DNA of 63,123 nucleotides, filler included, from Octopus bimaculoides (lineage: Eukaryota): the NCBI RefSeq assembly GCF_001194135.2. It is 8 parts of 7 records of this genome, joined end to end, with 100 filler letters (N's around TTAATTAATTAA, not from the genome) between each part and the next. Parts side by side here need not be neighbours in the genome. Positions count along the whole stretch, not along the records: positions 61,961 to 63,123 come from NW_026352274.1; 7 more parts are not named here. One strand, given 5' to 3'. Made by a program: the position numbers and the translations under genes. Below, piece by piece: positions 62,087-63,123 of the stretch. The notes under the pieces were generated by a model, which ran no database searches, was not told the origin of the DNA, and saw only the letters and a program-made list of their open reading frames with translations. Numbering within the stretch: position 1 is the stretch's first letter; the number at the start of each line of letters is the position of its first letter.

Positions 62087-63123
62087 CACATGTATATGAA
62101 TATAAGTCGATATACATTTACCAATGTGGGTTTTTGTGTGCATATATTCATAGATATACAGATACATGTATACATAGGTACACATACACACACACACACA
62201 CACACAAACATACACCCTCACACGCACTCAGATGTTTTCCATGTTTGCTACGCTTGATTTAATCTCGCAGTTCACTGACCCTCCCCTCTGAACCATCGTC
62301 TCTGTTCATGCCACTGTCATCTTCTTTATCACATGCTGTATATTTTTTATTCTCCTGCCGCGACAATCAACACTCAACTAATATCAGCAACTACTATGCC
62401 ACCGCCACAACAACAACAACAACACCAGTATCATCAACGATTCCTTTACAATTACAGCGACACACAAACTACATATCGATGGGTTTAACTTCATTTAAAC
62501 GCCAGTTTCACTTTCTCCGCAGCCGCCCCATCTACGTTTCTTTATTAGCGTGTTTTTTTTTTCACCCTTTAAAAAAATATAAAAGAATGTAAACGGACAT
62601 GCGTAAAAAATACTAAAAATACTAAAAAAACAAACAAACAATGGTCTTACAAAGTAAAATGTGCGAAAAAAAACAACTATTAATGAAGAAAAAAAAACAA
62701 CATGGCTGATTTTGTTGGCCTTGTAGCAAATAAAGAATAGAATGATACACTTAGCGCACTCATTAGCGCGTCGAACAAAATGTCCTGCGGTATATATTTA
62801 CGGTTCTTTAGGCTCTGAGTTCATATCTCGCAGAAATCTTGCTTGCTGGTTTATCCTTCGGAGGTCAATAACTAAAAGTATCGATTAATTACTGGGGGTC
62901 AATCTAATTGAGTAACACTGTGCCTCCCTGCTCCCTAAATAATACTGGTCCCGTGACTATTTTAGAAATAGTTATGTCTATCATTAGTGGTAGCATTGTT
63001 TAAAGGCGGAAAAAAAATCTTTGCATTTTTTTGTTTTTGTTTTATGATGCACGCTATTCCCCATTCAAATCTCGGCAAGAGAGTTCAAATCCCGGTAAGG
63101 GAGTTCAAATCCCGGCACCATAA

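Overview
Animal-type non-genic DNA, AT-rich, microsatellite-laden and gapped. The repeat families look octopus-like (inference from SINE recognition only). Seven 100-bp N44-TTAATTAATTAA-N44 spacers show the window is stitched from several contigs. I found no convincing host protein-coding gene, no intact rRNA and no CRISPR array. The explainable content is decayed mobile DNA: three Tx1/L1-like LINE segments, three RTE LINE remnants, three R4/Dong-like RLE LINE remnants, two Penelope-like GIY-YIG remnants, a Helitron helicase fossil next to a non-autonomous Helitron, a DD41D Tc1/mariner transposase fossil, mariner scraps, a 45-bp-TIR MITE, LTR-like remnants and many tRNA-derived SINEs. The most interesting signal is at RNA level: at least six hammerhead-ribozyme-like folds of four designs. 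These are one near-canonical Penelope-type minimal hammerhead, a three-copy family with a variant CUGU(C/U)GA core, a 184-bp tandem dimer with a covarying stem II, and a decayed copy. All coordinates, translations and folds were read by hand, and boundaries are approximate unless a motif defines them.
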